From Armatimonadota bacterium (GTDB lineage Bacteria; Armatimonadota; SYMT01): 64,000 nucleotides of DNA. The position numbers and the translations under genes are program-made. The DNA lies in the NCBI GenBank assembly GCA_046292385.1, contig JBKBRF010000034.1, positions 1 to 64,000 of the forward strand. The letters run 5' to 3'. Shown in pieces: positions 52,220 to 60,329 of the stretch. Position 1 is the stretch's first letter, and every line of letters starts with the position of its first letter. The notes under the pieces were generated by a model. The model saw only the letters and a program-made list of their open reading frames with translations. It was not told the origin of the DNA and ran no database searches.

Positions 52220-53326
52220 ATGGGGGGCTGGGAGCTCGCCGGGGCGTTCGACGCCGGCCACATCCGCGGCTGGACTCCGGGCTGGGAGCAGGAGCTCGAC
52301 TTCCACCAGCTCGAGATGACCGGCCATGCGGAGCAGCTCGAAGCGGACTACCGCCTCTTCCGCGAGGAGTTCGGGCTTCGCCGCTTCCGGGACGGCGCCT
52401 GGCTCGCCCGCACCTGGCCGGAGCCCTCCCGGTTCGACTGGGACTACCTCGACCGCCTCGCGGCGGCGAGCCTCGGAGAGGTGACGCTCTCTCTCTGTCA
52501 CTATGAGTGGCTCCCCTGGATCGAAGAAGAAGACCTCTGGAACGGCCGGGCGGTGGAGCTGATGTCCGATTTCGCCGGACGGGTGGCGGAGCGGTACCGC
52601 GGCTGCTTCGACGCCTACATCCCGGTGGTGGAGAGCGGCTACTGGACCGCGATGATGACCGACTGGAACCGCTGGTGGCCGGCGGGAAAGGACCGGCCCC
52701 GCCGCCGCTGGTGGGAGCTGTACGGGGTGGTGGGCCGGATGCTAACCGGGATGGCGCTGGCGATCCGGGCCGCCGATCCCGCGGCCCGGATCGCGCTCTC
52801 CGAGCCGTGGGCCTGGCACCCGGACCTGAGCCTGCCCGAACAGGGACGACCCTTCAACACCCTGCTGGGCCGGCCCGACCCCGCGGCCGAGCATGAGCTC
52901 GGAACCGACCAGTTGGGCGGCGACCCGTCGCTCCTGCAAGTGGTGGGGCTCAACTTCTACAACAACTGGGGCGAGGAGCAGGACTGGCCGCTCCACCGCC
53001 TGCTCCTGGAGGCGCGGCGCCAGTTCCCGGAGCAGGAGATCGTGATGGGGGAGACCGGGAACTGCCACTTCTCCCACTGCTTTACCACGGAAGGCTGGCT
53101 GCGCCTGCTCGACGAGCAGGTCCGTCTGGCCAACGAGCAGGGCGCGCGGATCAGCGCCGTCACCTGGGCGCCGATCCTGACGCTCGGCGATTTCGATTGG
53201 GGCCGGCCCGCCCCCGGCGCCTGGGTGACCTGGGACCCGGACGATCCCGCGCGGAAGCGGCACTGGGATCCGGAGGTCGCCGCCGCGGTTCGACGCTACA
53301 CCGGTTCAGCGGTATCCTCAGCATAG
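52220..53326 (+). CDS. Divergent clan GH-A (GH1-like) protein
   Basis: LSLCHY, PVVES, VGLNFY, MGETG; paralogous to the upstream gene. Confidence 0.75.
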   Translation: MGGWELAGAFDAGHIRGWTPGWEQELDFHQLEMTGHAEQLEADYRLFREEFGLRRFRDGAWLARTWPEPSRFDWDYLDRLAAASLGEVTLSLCHYEWLPWIEEEDLWNGRAVELMSDFAGRVAERYRGCFDAYIPVVESGYWTAMMTDWNRWWPAGKDRPRRRWWELYGVVGRMLTGMALAIRAADPAARIALSEPWAWHPDLSLPEQGRPFNTLLGRPDPAAEHELGTDQLGGDPSLLQVVGLNFYNNWGEEQDWPLHRLLLEARRQFPEQEIVMGETGNCHFSHCFTTEGWLRLLDEQVRLANEQGARISAVTWAPILTLGDFDWGRPAPGAWVTWDPDDPARKRHWDPEVAAAVRRYTGSAVSSA

Positions 53327-53426
53327 ACCCTCCGTGCTGCGGAAGCTCAACCTGCTTCCGAGAAACCGCCAGTGGGCCTGGTTGTCTATCCTGTCTGAGG
53401 GTGTGCCCAGATACCGCTGATGTGTT

Positions 53427-53510
53427 GGAGTGGGAGCAAGGGAAAATGGGGGAGTCGGAGAGCCGCTCCCGTAAGCAGCTTCCCAAGCTCGCCCTCTCGC
53501 CCACTCTCCC
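53427..53510. repeat. Octamer-array inverted-repeat element (copy C)
   Basis: Purine 8-mers, core GGAGAGCCGCTCCCGTAAGCAG (20/22 identical to copy A), pyrimidine 8-mers. Confidence 0.65.
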
Positions 53511-53581
53511 TTGCCAGATCCACCTATAGATCCCGGTCTGACGGAGTATTCGGCGGCCCTCTCTCCGCCCGCGCCATTCTC

Positions 53582-55261
53582 ATGAGAAGCCTGTCTCCCT
53601 GGTCCCTTCCCCACGCCGGCCGACGCGCCTGGCTGGCGCTCGGCATCGCCGCGCTGTCGATCTCGGTGGTCGTCCCCGCCCGCTCCCAGGACCCGCCTCC
53701 GCCCGCCGCGGCCGCGGCGGAGATGACGCGGACTATCGACTCCCTGGTGGAGAAGCGGTGGAAAGAGAGCGGAGTCACCCCGACCCCCGGGGTGGACGAC
53801 GCCGGCTTCGCCCGCCGGGTCTACCTGGATCTCGCGGGGCGGATCCCGACGCCGGTGGAGCTGGCGGCCTTCGTTGCCGACACCTCCACCGGAAAGCGCG
53901 CGGCGCTGGTCGATAAGCTCCTCGCCAGCCCGGAGTACGCCGAGCACCTGCGCGACATCTTCGACGTCGTCTTCATGGGCCGCGGAGAGGGCGCCCAGCC
54001 CCGGCGGCGACGGGGCGGCGGAGAGGTGCAGAACGCGCGGGCGCAGTGGCTGGACTACCTGGAGCAGTCGTTCGCGCAGAACCGGCCGTGGAGTCAGGTG
54101 GTGAGCGACCTGCTGCTGGCGCGTCCCGCGGGCGATGCGGAGCGCGGCGCGGTCTGGTTCCTCTACGCGCGCCAGGAGAAGTTCCAGGACATTGCGGAGG
54201 CGATCTCGCCCGCCGTCTTCGGCCTTCAGATCCAGTGTGCCCAGTGCCACGACCACCCGATTGCGCCGGAGATCAAGCAGGCGCACTACTGGGGACTGGT
54301 GGCGTTCTTCAACCGCAGCAAGAACCAGAACACCCCGCAGGGGCCCCGCGTCGCCGAGTCGGCGATCGGCGGCTTCTCCCAGTTCGCCACGCTCTTTGGG
54401 GAAAGCAAGCCGGCGCAGTTGACCTTCCTCGGGACCGACCCGCTGCCGGAGGACCGGCCCGCGCCGGACGTGAAGGAGATGGACTCTCCCGAGCTGTACC
54501 GACCGAAGCCGGAGACCGCTCCGAAGGAAGAGCCGCCGGTGCCGAAGTTCTCCCGCCGGGAGCTGTTCGTGGAGCGGGTGGTGCAGGGCAACCCGCTCGT
54601 CGCCCGCGCCGCCGTCAACCGGTTCTGGGCGCTGTTGATGGGCCGCGGGCTGGTACACCCGGTCGACAAGATGGACTCGGTCCACAAGCCATCCCACCCG
54701 GAGCTGCTCGACTGGCTCGCCGCCGACTTCGAGAAGAGCGGCTACGACGTGAAGCGGCTGGTCCGCTCCATCGTGCTCTCCAGACCATACCAGCTACAGG
54801 CAAAGGCGACGGGGACGGTGCAGCCGGACCTCTTCGCCTACGGCGTGGAGAAGCCGCTGACGGCGGAGATGCTCTACCGTTCGCTGATGGTCGCCACCAG
54901 CGGCAACACCGAGGCCGATAACGGCGAGCTGCTCCAGTCGCTGGTGAAGGTGTTTCCGGACGTCTTTGCGGAGGAGAACATCGCCACCCTGCGGCAGGCG
55001 ATGTTCCTGACGAACAACCCGACGATCCAGAAGCTGGTCCAGCCTCACAGCGGCAGCACCGCGGAAAAGCTGGCGGCGATCGCCGATCCGGCCCAGCGGG
55101 TGAAGGAGGCGTTCCGCATCGCGTACGCACGAGAGCCGGACGCGGAGGAGCTGAAGCAGGCGACGGCCTACCTCCAGGCTCGCGCGGACCGCCCGAAGGA
55201 AGCGACCTCCCAGCTCTGGTGGGCGCTCCTCACCGGCGCCGAGTTCCGGTTCAACCACTAG
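53582..55261 (+). CDS. DUF1549/DUF1553 (PSD1) domain protein
   Basis: RRVYLDLAGRIPT, CAQCHDH, VNRFW..LMGRGLV.PVD, SHPELLDWLA, EFRFNH. Confidence 0.92.
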   Translation: MRSLSPWSLPHAGRRAWLALGIAALSISVVVPARSQDPPPPAAAAAEMTRTIDSLVEKRWKESGVTPTPGVDDAGFARRVYLDLAGRIPTPVELAAFVADTSTGKRAALVDKLLASPEYAEHLRDIFDVVFMGRGEGAQPRRRRGGGEVQNARAQWLDYLEQSFAQNRPWSQVVSDLLLARPAGDAERGAVWFLYARQEKFQDIAEAISPAVFGLQIQCAQCHDHPIAPEIKQAHYWGLVAFFNRSKNQNTPQGPRVAESAIGGFSQFATLFGESKPAQLTFLGTDPLPEDRPAPDVKEMDSPELYRPKPETAPKEEPPVPKFSRRELFVERVVQGNPLVARAAVNRFWALLMGRGLVHPVDKMDSVHKPSHPELLDWLAADFEKSGYDVKRLVRSIVLSRPYQLQAKATGTVQPDLFAYGVEKPLTAEMLYRSLMVATSGNTEADNGELLQSLVKVFPDVFAEENIATLRQAMFLTNNPTIQKLVQPHSGSTAEKLAAIADPAQRVKEAFRIAYAREPDAEELKQATAYLQARADRPKEATSQLWWALLTGAEFRFNH

Positions 55262-55274
55262 GGATACGAGAACG

Positions 55275-56600
55275 ATGAAGAACCCGAAGGCTCCGCGCAA
55301 CTGCGGAAGTCCCGACCATAAGATCCACCGTCGCCGCTTCCTGGAGGGGACCCTCGCGGGTGCGCTCAGCGTCTCCAGCTTCAGCGGCCTGTTCTCGATC
55401 CCCGCCTTCGCGGAGCAGGCGAAGAAGGAGCAGAAGCACGTCATCCTGCTCTGGCTCTGCGGCGCGCCGAGCCAGTTCGAGACCTGGGACCCGAAGCCGG
55501 GCGTGCCGACGAGTGGACCGTTCGGGAGCATCCCGACCAACCTGCCGGGCGTGCATGTGAGCGAGCTGATGCCGCGCTGCGCCAGGATGATGGACAAGCT
55601 GGCGGTGATCCGCTCGATGAAGACGTCCCAGAGCGAGCACCTCCAGGCGATCGACCTGCTGAACCGGGGAGACGGTCCCCGCCCACCGTTCATCCGCCCC
55701 ACGCTCGGCAGCGTGCTGGGCCAGCAGCTCGGCCAGCTCGACAGCCCGATCCCGAGCTTCGTCCTCCTCGATCCCTGCCCGGAAGGCAACGAGTTCCGCG
55801 CCTTCAAGGCGGGCAACTGGGCCGGCTGGCTCGGCGCGGAGTACGGCCCGGTGCGCGTGGGCGGCGAGTTCAGGATCGAGGACATCGCGCGTCCGGAGGA
55901 GCTTTCGGAGGTCGACCACGAGGAGCGGGAGGCGCTGCGCCGCTTCCTGAGCCGGAAGTACGAGAACGACCGCAAGAGCGCGGCCTCCGGCTCCTACAAC
56001 GCCGCCTACGAGCGCGTGAAGGGGCTGATGAGCTGCGCGCACCTATTCGACCTGGAGAAGCTGCCGCAGAAGGACCGCGACCGGTACGGGCCGGGCGCCT
56101 TCGCCCAGCACGCGCTGCTGGCCCGCCACCTGGTGGAGAACGGCGCGCCGTTCGTGATGGTGGCGAACGGGATGCCGTGGGACTGCCACGTCTACAACCA
56201 CGAGATGCACCAGATGCTGGTGCCGGAGCTGGACCAGGTGATCTTCAACCTGATCAACGACCTGGAGCAGCGCGGCATGCTCGACAAGACGCTGGTGATC
56301 ATGATGGGCGAGTTCGGCCGCACGCCGAACCTGAACGACGCCCGCGGCCGCGACCACTACCCGAACGCCTGGAGCATGGCGCTGGCCGGCTGCGGCATCC
56401 GCGGGGGCGTGGTCTACGGCGCCACGGACGAGCTGGGGATCGACGTCAAGGAGAACCCGGTCGACCAGCGCCAGCTCTTCTCGACCTTCTTCACCGCGCT
56501 CGGCATCGAGCCGCACGAGCAGTACGACCTGCCCGGACTGCCCACCTTCTACCGCGTAGAGGGTGATGCAAAGCCGATCCGAGAGGTGCTGCGGGTCTAG
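55275..56600 (+). CDS. DUF1501 domain protein (Tat signal)
   Basis: RRRFL, GAPSQFETWDPKP, WDCH, GEFGRTP, GRDHY. Confidence 0.92.
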   Translation: MKNPKAPRNCGSPDHKIHRRRFLEGTLAGALSVSSFSGLFSIPAFAEQAKKEQKHVILLWLCGAPSQFETWDPKPGVPTSGPFGSIPTNLPGVHVSELMPRCARMMDKLAVIRSMKTSQSEHLQAIDLLNRGDGPRPPFIRPTLGSVLGQQLGQLDSPIPSFVLLDPCPEGNEFRAFKAGNWAGWLGAEYGPVRVGGEFRIEDIARPEELSEVDHEEREALRRFLSRKYENDRKSAASGSYNAAYERVKGLMSCAHLFDLEKLPQKDRDRYGPGAFAQHALLARHLVENGAPFVMVANGMPWDCHVYNHEMHQMLVPELDQVIFNLINDLEQRGMLDKTLVIMMGEFGRTPNLNDARGRDHYPNAWSMALAGCGIRGGVVYGATDELGIDVKENPVDQRQLFSTFFTALGIEPHEQYDLPGLPTFYRVEGDAKPIREVLRV

Positions 56601-56655
56601 GGTCCAGGGTCCAGGGTCTAGGTCTGTGCGGGGCAGACTGCGCCATTCGCAGACC
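56598..56655. repeat. Heptamer-array element (copy E)
   Basis: TAGGGTC-CAGGGTC-CAGGGTC-TAGGTCTGTG then hairpin GGTCTGTG..CGCAGACC; TAGGTCTGTG also at 7841-7850. Confidence 0.55.
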
Positions 56656-56711
56656 GCTATTCCTGCGTAATGCAGTCTTTCATCTTTCTTCTTCCCTCTA
56701 CTTGACTTGTC

Positions 56712-57773
56712 ATGACTGAACTGAAGCGCCTTCACCGGCATATGCTGCCGACGGCGGTCCTGGGCGTCGACATGCGGAGCGACGGCAGCACGCTCTACGC
56801 CGCCTGCATGGACGGCGTCTACGAGGTGAACGCCGAGTCCGGCGCGGCGCGGCAGCTCTACACGCACGACCGCTACGCGTCCCGGGTGGCGCTGCTGGAG
56901 AAAGCGGGCACACTGGTCTCCGCGGGGTACGACGGCGCGCTGAAGTGGTACGACCTGACGGGCGGCAAGCTGGTCCGCACGGTGAAGGCGCACAACTTCT
57001 GGTCGTGGAGCCTCGCCGTCTCGCCGGACGGCAAGTACGTGGCGTCGGTCACCGGACAGTATCTCTCCGGCGGCCCCAAGTACGAGCCGGCCCCGGAGAC
57101 GGAGCCCTCCGTCAAGGTCTTCGACGCCGCCACCGGCGCGCTGGTCGGGAGCTTCTCGCACGTGCCGTCGGTGCAGTCGGTCGCCTTCAGCCCGGACAGC
57201 CGGTATGTCGCCGCGGGCAACCTGATGGGCGAGGTGCGGGTCTGGGACGTGCCGGCCGGCAAGCAGGTGGCGAGCTGGACCACCGACTCGTTCACGAGCT
57301 GGGGCATCATCAAGAGCCACTGCTACCTGGGCGGCATCTTCGGGATGGCCTTCGCTCCCGGTGGGGAGGAGCTGATCGTTTGCGGCATGGGCCCCATGCG
57401 GGATCCGATGGCAGGCAACGGCAAGCAGCTCTGGCAGCGGTTCGCCTGGAAGGAGTCCCCCGCCAAGATGGTAGCGGAGACGAAGGCGAGCGAGAGCGGG
57501 GAAGGTCTGATGGAAGCGCTGGCAGTCCACCCCGGCGGCTCCCACTTCGTGATGTCGGGCCGCCTCCGCGGTGGAAGCTGGAACACCGGCCTCTTCAGCC
57601 TAGCGGACGGTGCCCTCCAGCACTCCCTCAAGACCGACACCCGCGTCACCGGCGCCGCCTTTACCGCAGACGGCAGCCGCCTGGCGCTTGGCGGCACCCG
57701 CAGCCAGCCGATGCCCAAAGACGGGAAGATCGAGCCGTTCGGGCACGTGGATCTGTTCGAGGTGACGCTCTAG
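56712..57773 (+). CDS. WD40-repeat beta-propeller protein
   Basis: SAGYDGALKWYD, VAFSPDSRYVAAG..VRVWD. Confidence 0.85.
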   Translation: MTELKRLHRHMLPTAVLGVDMRSDGSTLYAACMDGVYEVNAESGAARQLYTHDRYASRVALLEKAGTLVSAGYDGALKWYDLTGGKLVRTVKAHNFWSWSLAVSPDGKYVASVTGQYLSGGPKYEPAPETEPSVKVFDAATGALVGSFSHVPSVQSVAFSPDSRYVAAGNLMGEVRVWDVPAGKQVASWTTDSFTSWGIIKSHCYLGGIFGMAFAPGGEELIVCGMGPMRDPMAGNGKQLWQRFAWKESPAKMVAETKASESGEGLMEALAVHPGGSHFVMSGRLRGGSWNTGLFSLADGALQHSLKTDTRVTGAAFTADGSRLALGGTRSQPMPKDGKIEPFGHVDLFEVTL

Positions 57774-57834
57774 CGACCGGTTTGCATCGCGTCACCCCGG
57801 CGCGCAAGCCGGATCACGAGGAGTGCGCGCTGAG

Positions 57835-57958
57835 CGGCGAGGGAATGAATTCCCTCGCTGGGCGGCCTACGGCCACGCGTCCTCCGGACTTCCGTACCTG
57901 ACCTTCTCAGTCCCCGAAGGGGGACTTCGTGCCGTTGTTGCCGTGGTTTCAACCGCCC
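57835..57958. repeat. Two REP-like units in inverted orientation (BIME-like)
   Basis: CGGCGAGGGAAT-GA-ATTCCCTCGCTG hairpin; AGTCCCC-GAAG-GGGGACT hairpin; GTGGTTTCAACCGC. Confidence 0.6.
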
Positions 57959-58012
57959 GATATCGGCTGAAGGCGCCATAATTCCCCTCTGGCGGAGAGT
58001 GGGGGTGGCGAG

Positions 58013-58900
58013 TTGAACCGGTATCGCGTGGCTCTGGTGGGGGCGGGGATTCTCTGGAGCCTGGGCGGCCTGTTCATCAAGGCGATGGGCCTGAATCCCT
58101 CCGTCAAGCCTTCCGCCCTCGCCATCACCTGCTACCGCAGCCTCTTCGCGGCGCTCTGCCTCGCGCTGCTGCTGCGGGGTCGGACGATGCCGAAGGCGAA
58201 GGACATCCTCTGCTCCATCGCCCTCTACAGCGCGCTGCTGGTGCTCTACGTCTCCTCCGTGCAGGGCACCACCGCCGCCAACGCGATCCTGCTCCAGTAC
58301 ACGGCGCCGCTCTACGCGCTGGTGCTGGGACCGCTCTTCTTTAAGGAGCCGTTCGAGAGGGCCGACGCCGGCGCGCTCTCGGCGGCGATGATCGGCATCG
58401 CGATCCTCTTCTGGGGCAACTACGTGCCCGGGGCGGAGGCGCCGCTGATCATGGGGGCGGCGAGCGGCGCGCTGTTCGGGCTCTTCATGCTCTGGCTTCG
58501 CCGCATGCGGGAGGCCGACCCGGTCGCGGTCACCGTCCTGAACAACGGCGGCGCGGCGCTGGTCTGCGGGGCGGCGATGGCCTGGATCTCTCCGGGAGAG
58601 CTGGCGCTCATTCCCCGCGCGCTCGGCGGCGAGGCGGCCGTCTGGCCGATCGTCGGCACCCTGGCGGTGATGGGCTGCATCCAGATCGCCGCACCGTACG
58701 TGCTCTTCAGCTACGGCCTCCAGCGGGTGACCGCCGTGGAAGCGAGCCTGCTCGCACTGGTGGAGCCGCTCCTGAGCCCGCTCTGGGTGCTCCTCGCCAT
58801 CGGCGAGCGGCCGACCCCCTACACGATCGGCGGCGGCGCCCTGATCCTCGCGGCGCTGACCTTCCGCTATCTCCCCCGCCGCGCGAAGGCCGCTCCGTAG
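58013..58900 (+). CDS. DMT/EamA family transporter
   Basis: About 10 TM, AANAILLQYTAP, LLALVEP. Confidence 0.88.
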   Translation: MNRYRVALVGAGILWSLGGLFIKAMGLNPSVKPSALAITCYRSLFAALCLALLLRGRTMPKAKDILCSIALYSALLVLYVSSVQGTTAANAILLQYTAPLYALVLGPLFFKEPFERADAGALSAAMIGIAILFWGNYVPGAEAPLIMGAASGALFGLFMLWLRRMREADPVAVTVLNNGGAALVCGAAMAWISPGELALIPRALGGEAAVWPIVGTLAVMGCIQIAAPYVLFSYGLQRVTAVEASLLALVEPLLSPLWVLLAIGERPTPYTIGGGALILAALTFRYLPRRAKAAP

Positions 58901-58987
58901 CCGCGCCGGTCGCGCCGGACCTCCAGGTCACCTATAATACACTCGGGTCGCTCGGGGCCGCAGTGAGAGGAGAGAGGAGGCGCCCGG

Positions 58988-59272
58988 ATGTCGCTCGTCA
59001 TCAACTTACCGGAATGGGAAGATCGACTCCGAGAAGAGGCGGCCGAGGCGGGCAAGGAGCCCGGGGAGTACGTCTCGGAGCTGCTCAAGCGCCAGCTCGT
59101 CCTACACGAGCTGGAGGCGCTCAAGCAGCGTAAGCCGCCGCAGAGTCTCGCGGACCTGAAGCCCAAGCGACCGGCCCCTCCGGGACAGAGCTGGATCGCG
59201 GCGATCGTGGGAAAATGGCCGGGGGATGAGAGCGATGAGGAAGTCGAGCGCATCCTGGAAGAGATGAGCTGA
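58988..59272 (+). CDS. Small antitoxin-like hypothetical protein
   Basis: RHH-like N-terminus, C-terminal GKWPGDESDEE; TATAAT at 58933 and GGAGG RBS. Confidence 0.6.
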   Translation: MSLVINLPEWEDRLREEAAEAGKEPGEYVSELLKRQLVLHELEALKQRKPPQSLADLKPKRPAPPGQSWIAAIVGKWPGDESDEEVERILEEMS

Positions 59273-59316
59273 CGTCGAAGATCATCCTCATCCTCGGGAT
59301 CGTGCTCCCGACCAGG

Positions 59317-59757
59317 CTACGACCTCCAAAGCTCGACTTCCGAGTCGACCACTCCGTCGCTGACACGCAAACGGTACCCCCGTCCGAAGAGGCGGCCGTA
59401 GGTCAGCTGGACGTACAGCCAATTCGTCTCCGCAGCGTATGGCGCGAAGCTCGCGATACCGATCGGGTAGCGGCGTTCGCCGTAGATCCCCGTCTGCTCG
59501 GAATACGGTCGCTGACACCATGGCTGAAGGAAGTGTACGGACCAGAACCGGCGAAACCCCCACGGGCTACGAGGGGTGACCCCCGAATCGCTGAGAAACC
59601 ACGCATCCAGAGCCGGCGAAGCTGCGTAGTCCAGCGCGTCCGCCTCGCCATCCACGGGGGCATGACGGGTGATCCACATCCCCCACGGCCGGTTCTCCGC
59701 CTGTGCTTGCCAGTGTCGCTGGAGGAATAGAAGCACCGCGCCAAGCTGTGCATCCAT
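59317..59757 (-). CDS. Hypothetical protein
   Basis: Aromatic-rich ORF preceded by a duplicated AGGAG RBS. Confidence 0.55.
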   Translation of the reverse strand: MDAQLGAVLLFLQRHWQAQAENRPWGMWITRHAPVDGEADALDYAASPALDAWFLSDSGVTPRSPWGFRRFWSVHFLQPWCQRPYSEQTGIYGERRYPIGIASFAPYAAETNWLYVQLTYGRLFGRGYRLRVSDGVVDSEVELWRS

Positions 59758-59933
59758 GGCTCAACTCCTGCTCAACTCCTTTACGCCTCCCGGACGAGTG
59801 AGCACCGAGCATCTTCGTTCATCAACGCTTTGCTGACGGCCATATGGCTCCGGCTGCGATCACAGCGCCAGGCAGCGTACTACTCTTGTCGTCGGCAGTG
59901 CCTGCGATACGGTAGCCGCTTGTGCAGGCGAGA

Positions 59934-60296
59934 TCATCCGTCAGCACTCTCTGAAGCGTCGTCTCCAGCGCGCAGCGTCAGCAGGTAAGTGCACCTCTCG
60001 TAAAGGCTATACTTCGGCGAGTCGTTCTCGATGTAGAACGCCTCCACTGCTCCGCATTTGGTTCCGCGTTCGGCGTTGGCGCGGTCGACGCCGGTTCGGA
60101 TCGCTCGTTCGAGCTGCACCTCATCAATCTGGCCGTGGCTGCAGGTGCCGATAGGCGGACGCCGATGCAATGTGAGCTGGGCTGAGCCGTGGGCGCCGAA
60201 CCGCAGCCCCAGCAGTACGTGCGAAGGGCCGGTAATAAACGAAGCGGTTTGGAACCCACCGATCTCGCTGAATTGCGGCATCGGAACGTCTCCCAA
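59934..60296 (-). CDS. Hypothetical protein
   Basis: Protein-like ORF with lower GC; start may be 60281. Confidence 0.5.
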   Translation of the reverse strand: MGDVPMPQFSEIGGFQTASFITGPSHVLLGLRFGAHGSAQLTLHRRPPIGTCSHGQIDEVQLERAIRTGVDRANAERGTKCGAVEAFYIENDSPKYSLYERCTYLLTLRAGDDASESADG

Positions 60297-60329
60297 CTGT
60301 CGAGCACCGACCTATCGAAATGACAGTGA

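Noticed and set aside
59790..59930. Possible group II intron RT C-terminal remnant on the minus strand
   Set aside because: Resemblance limited to a few residues; no domain V/VI RNA seen
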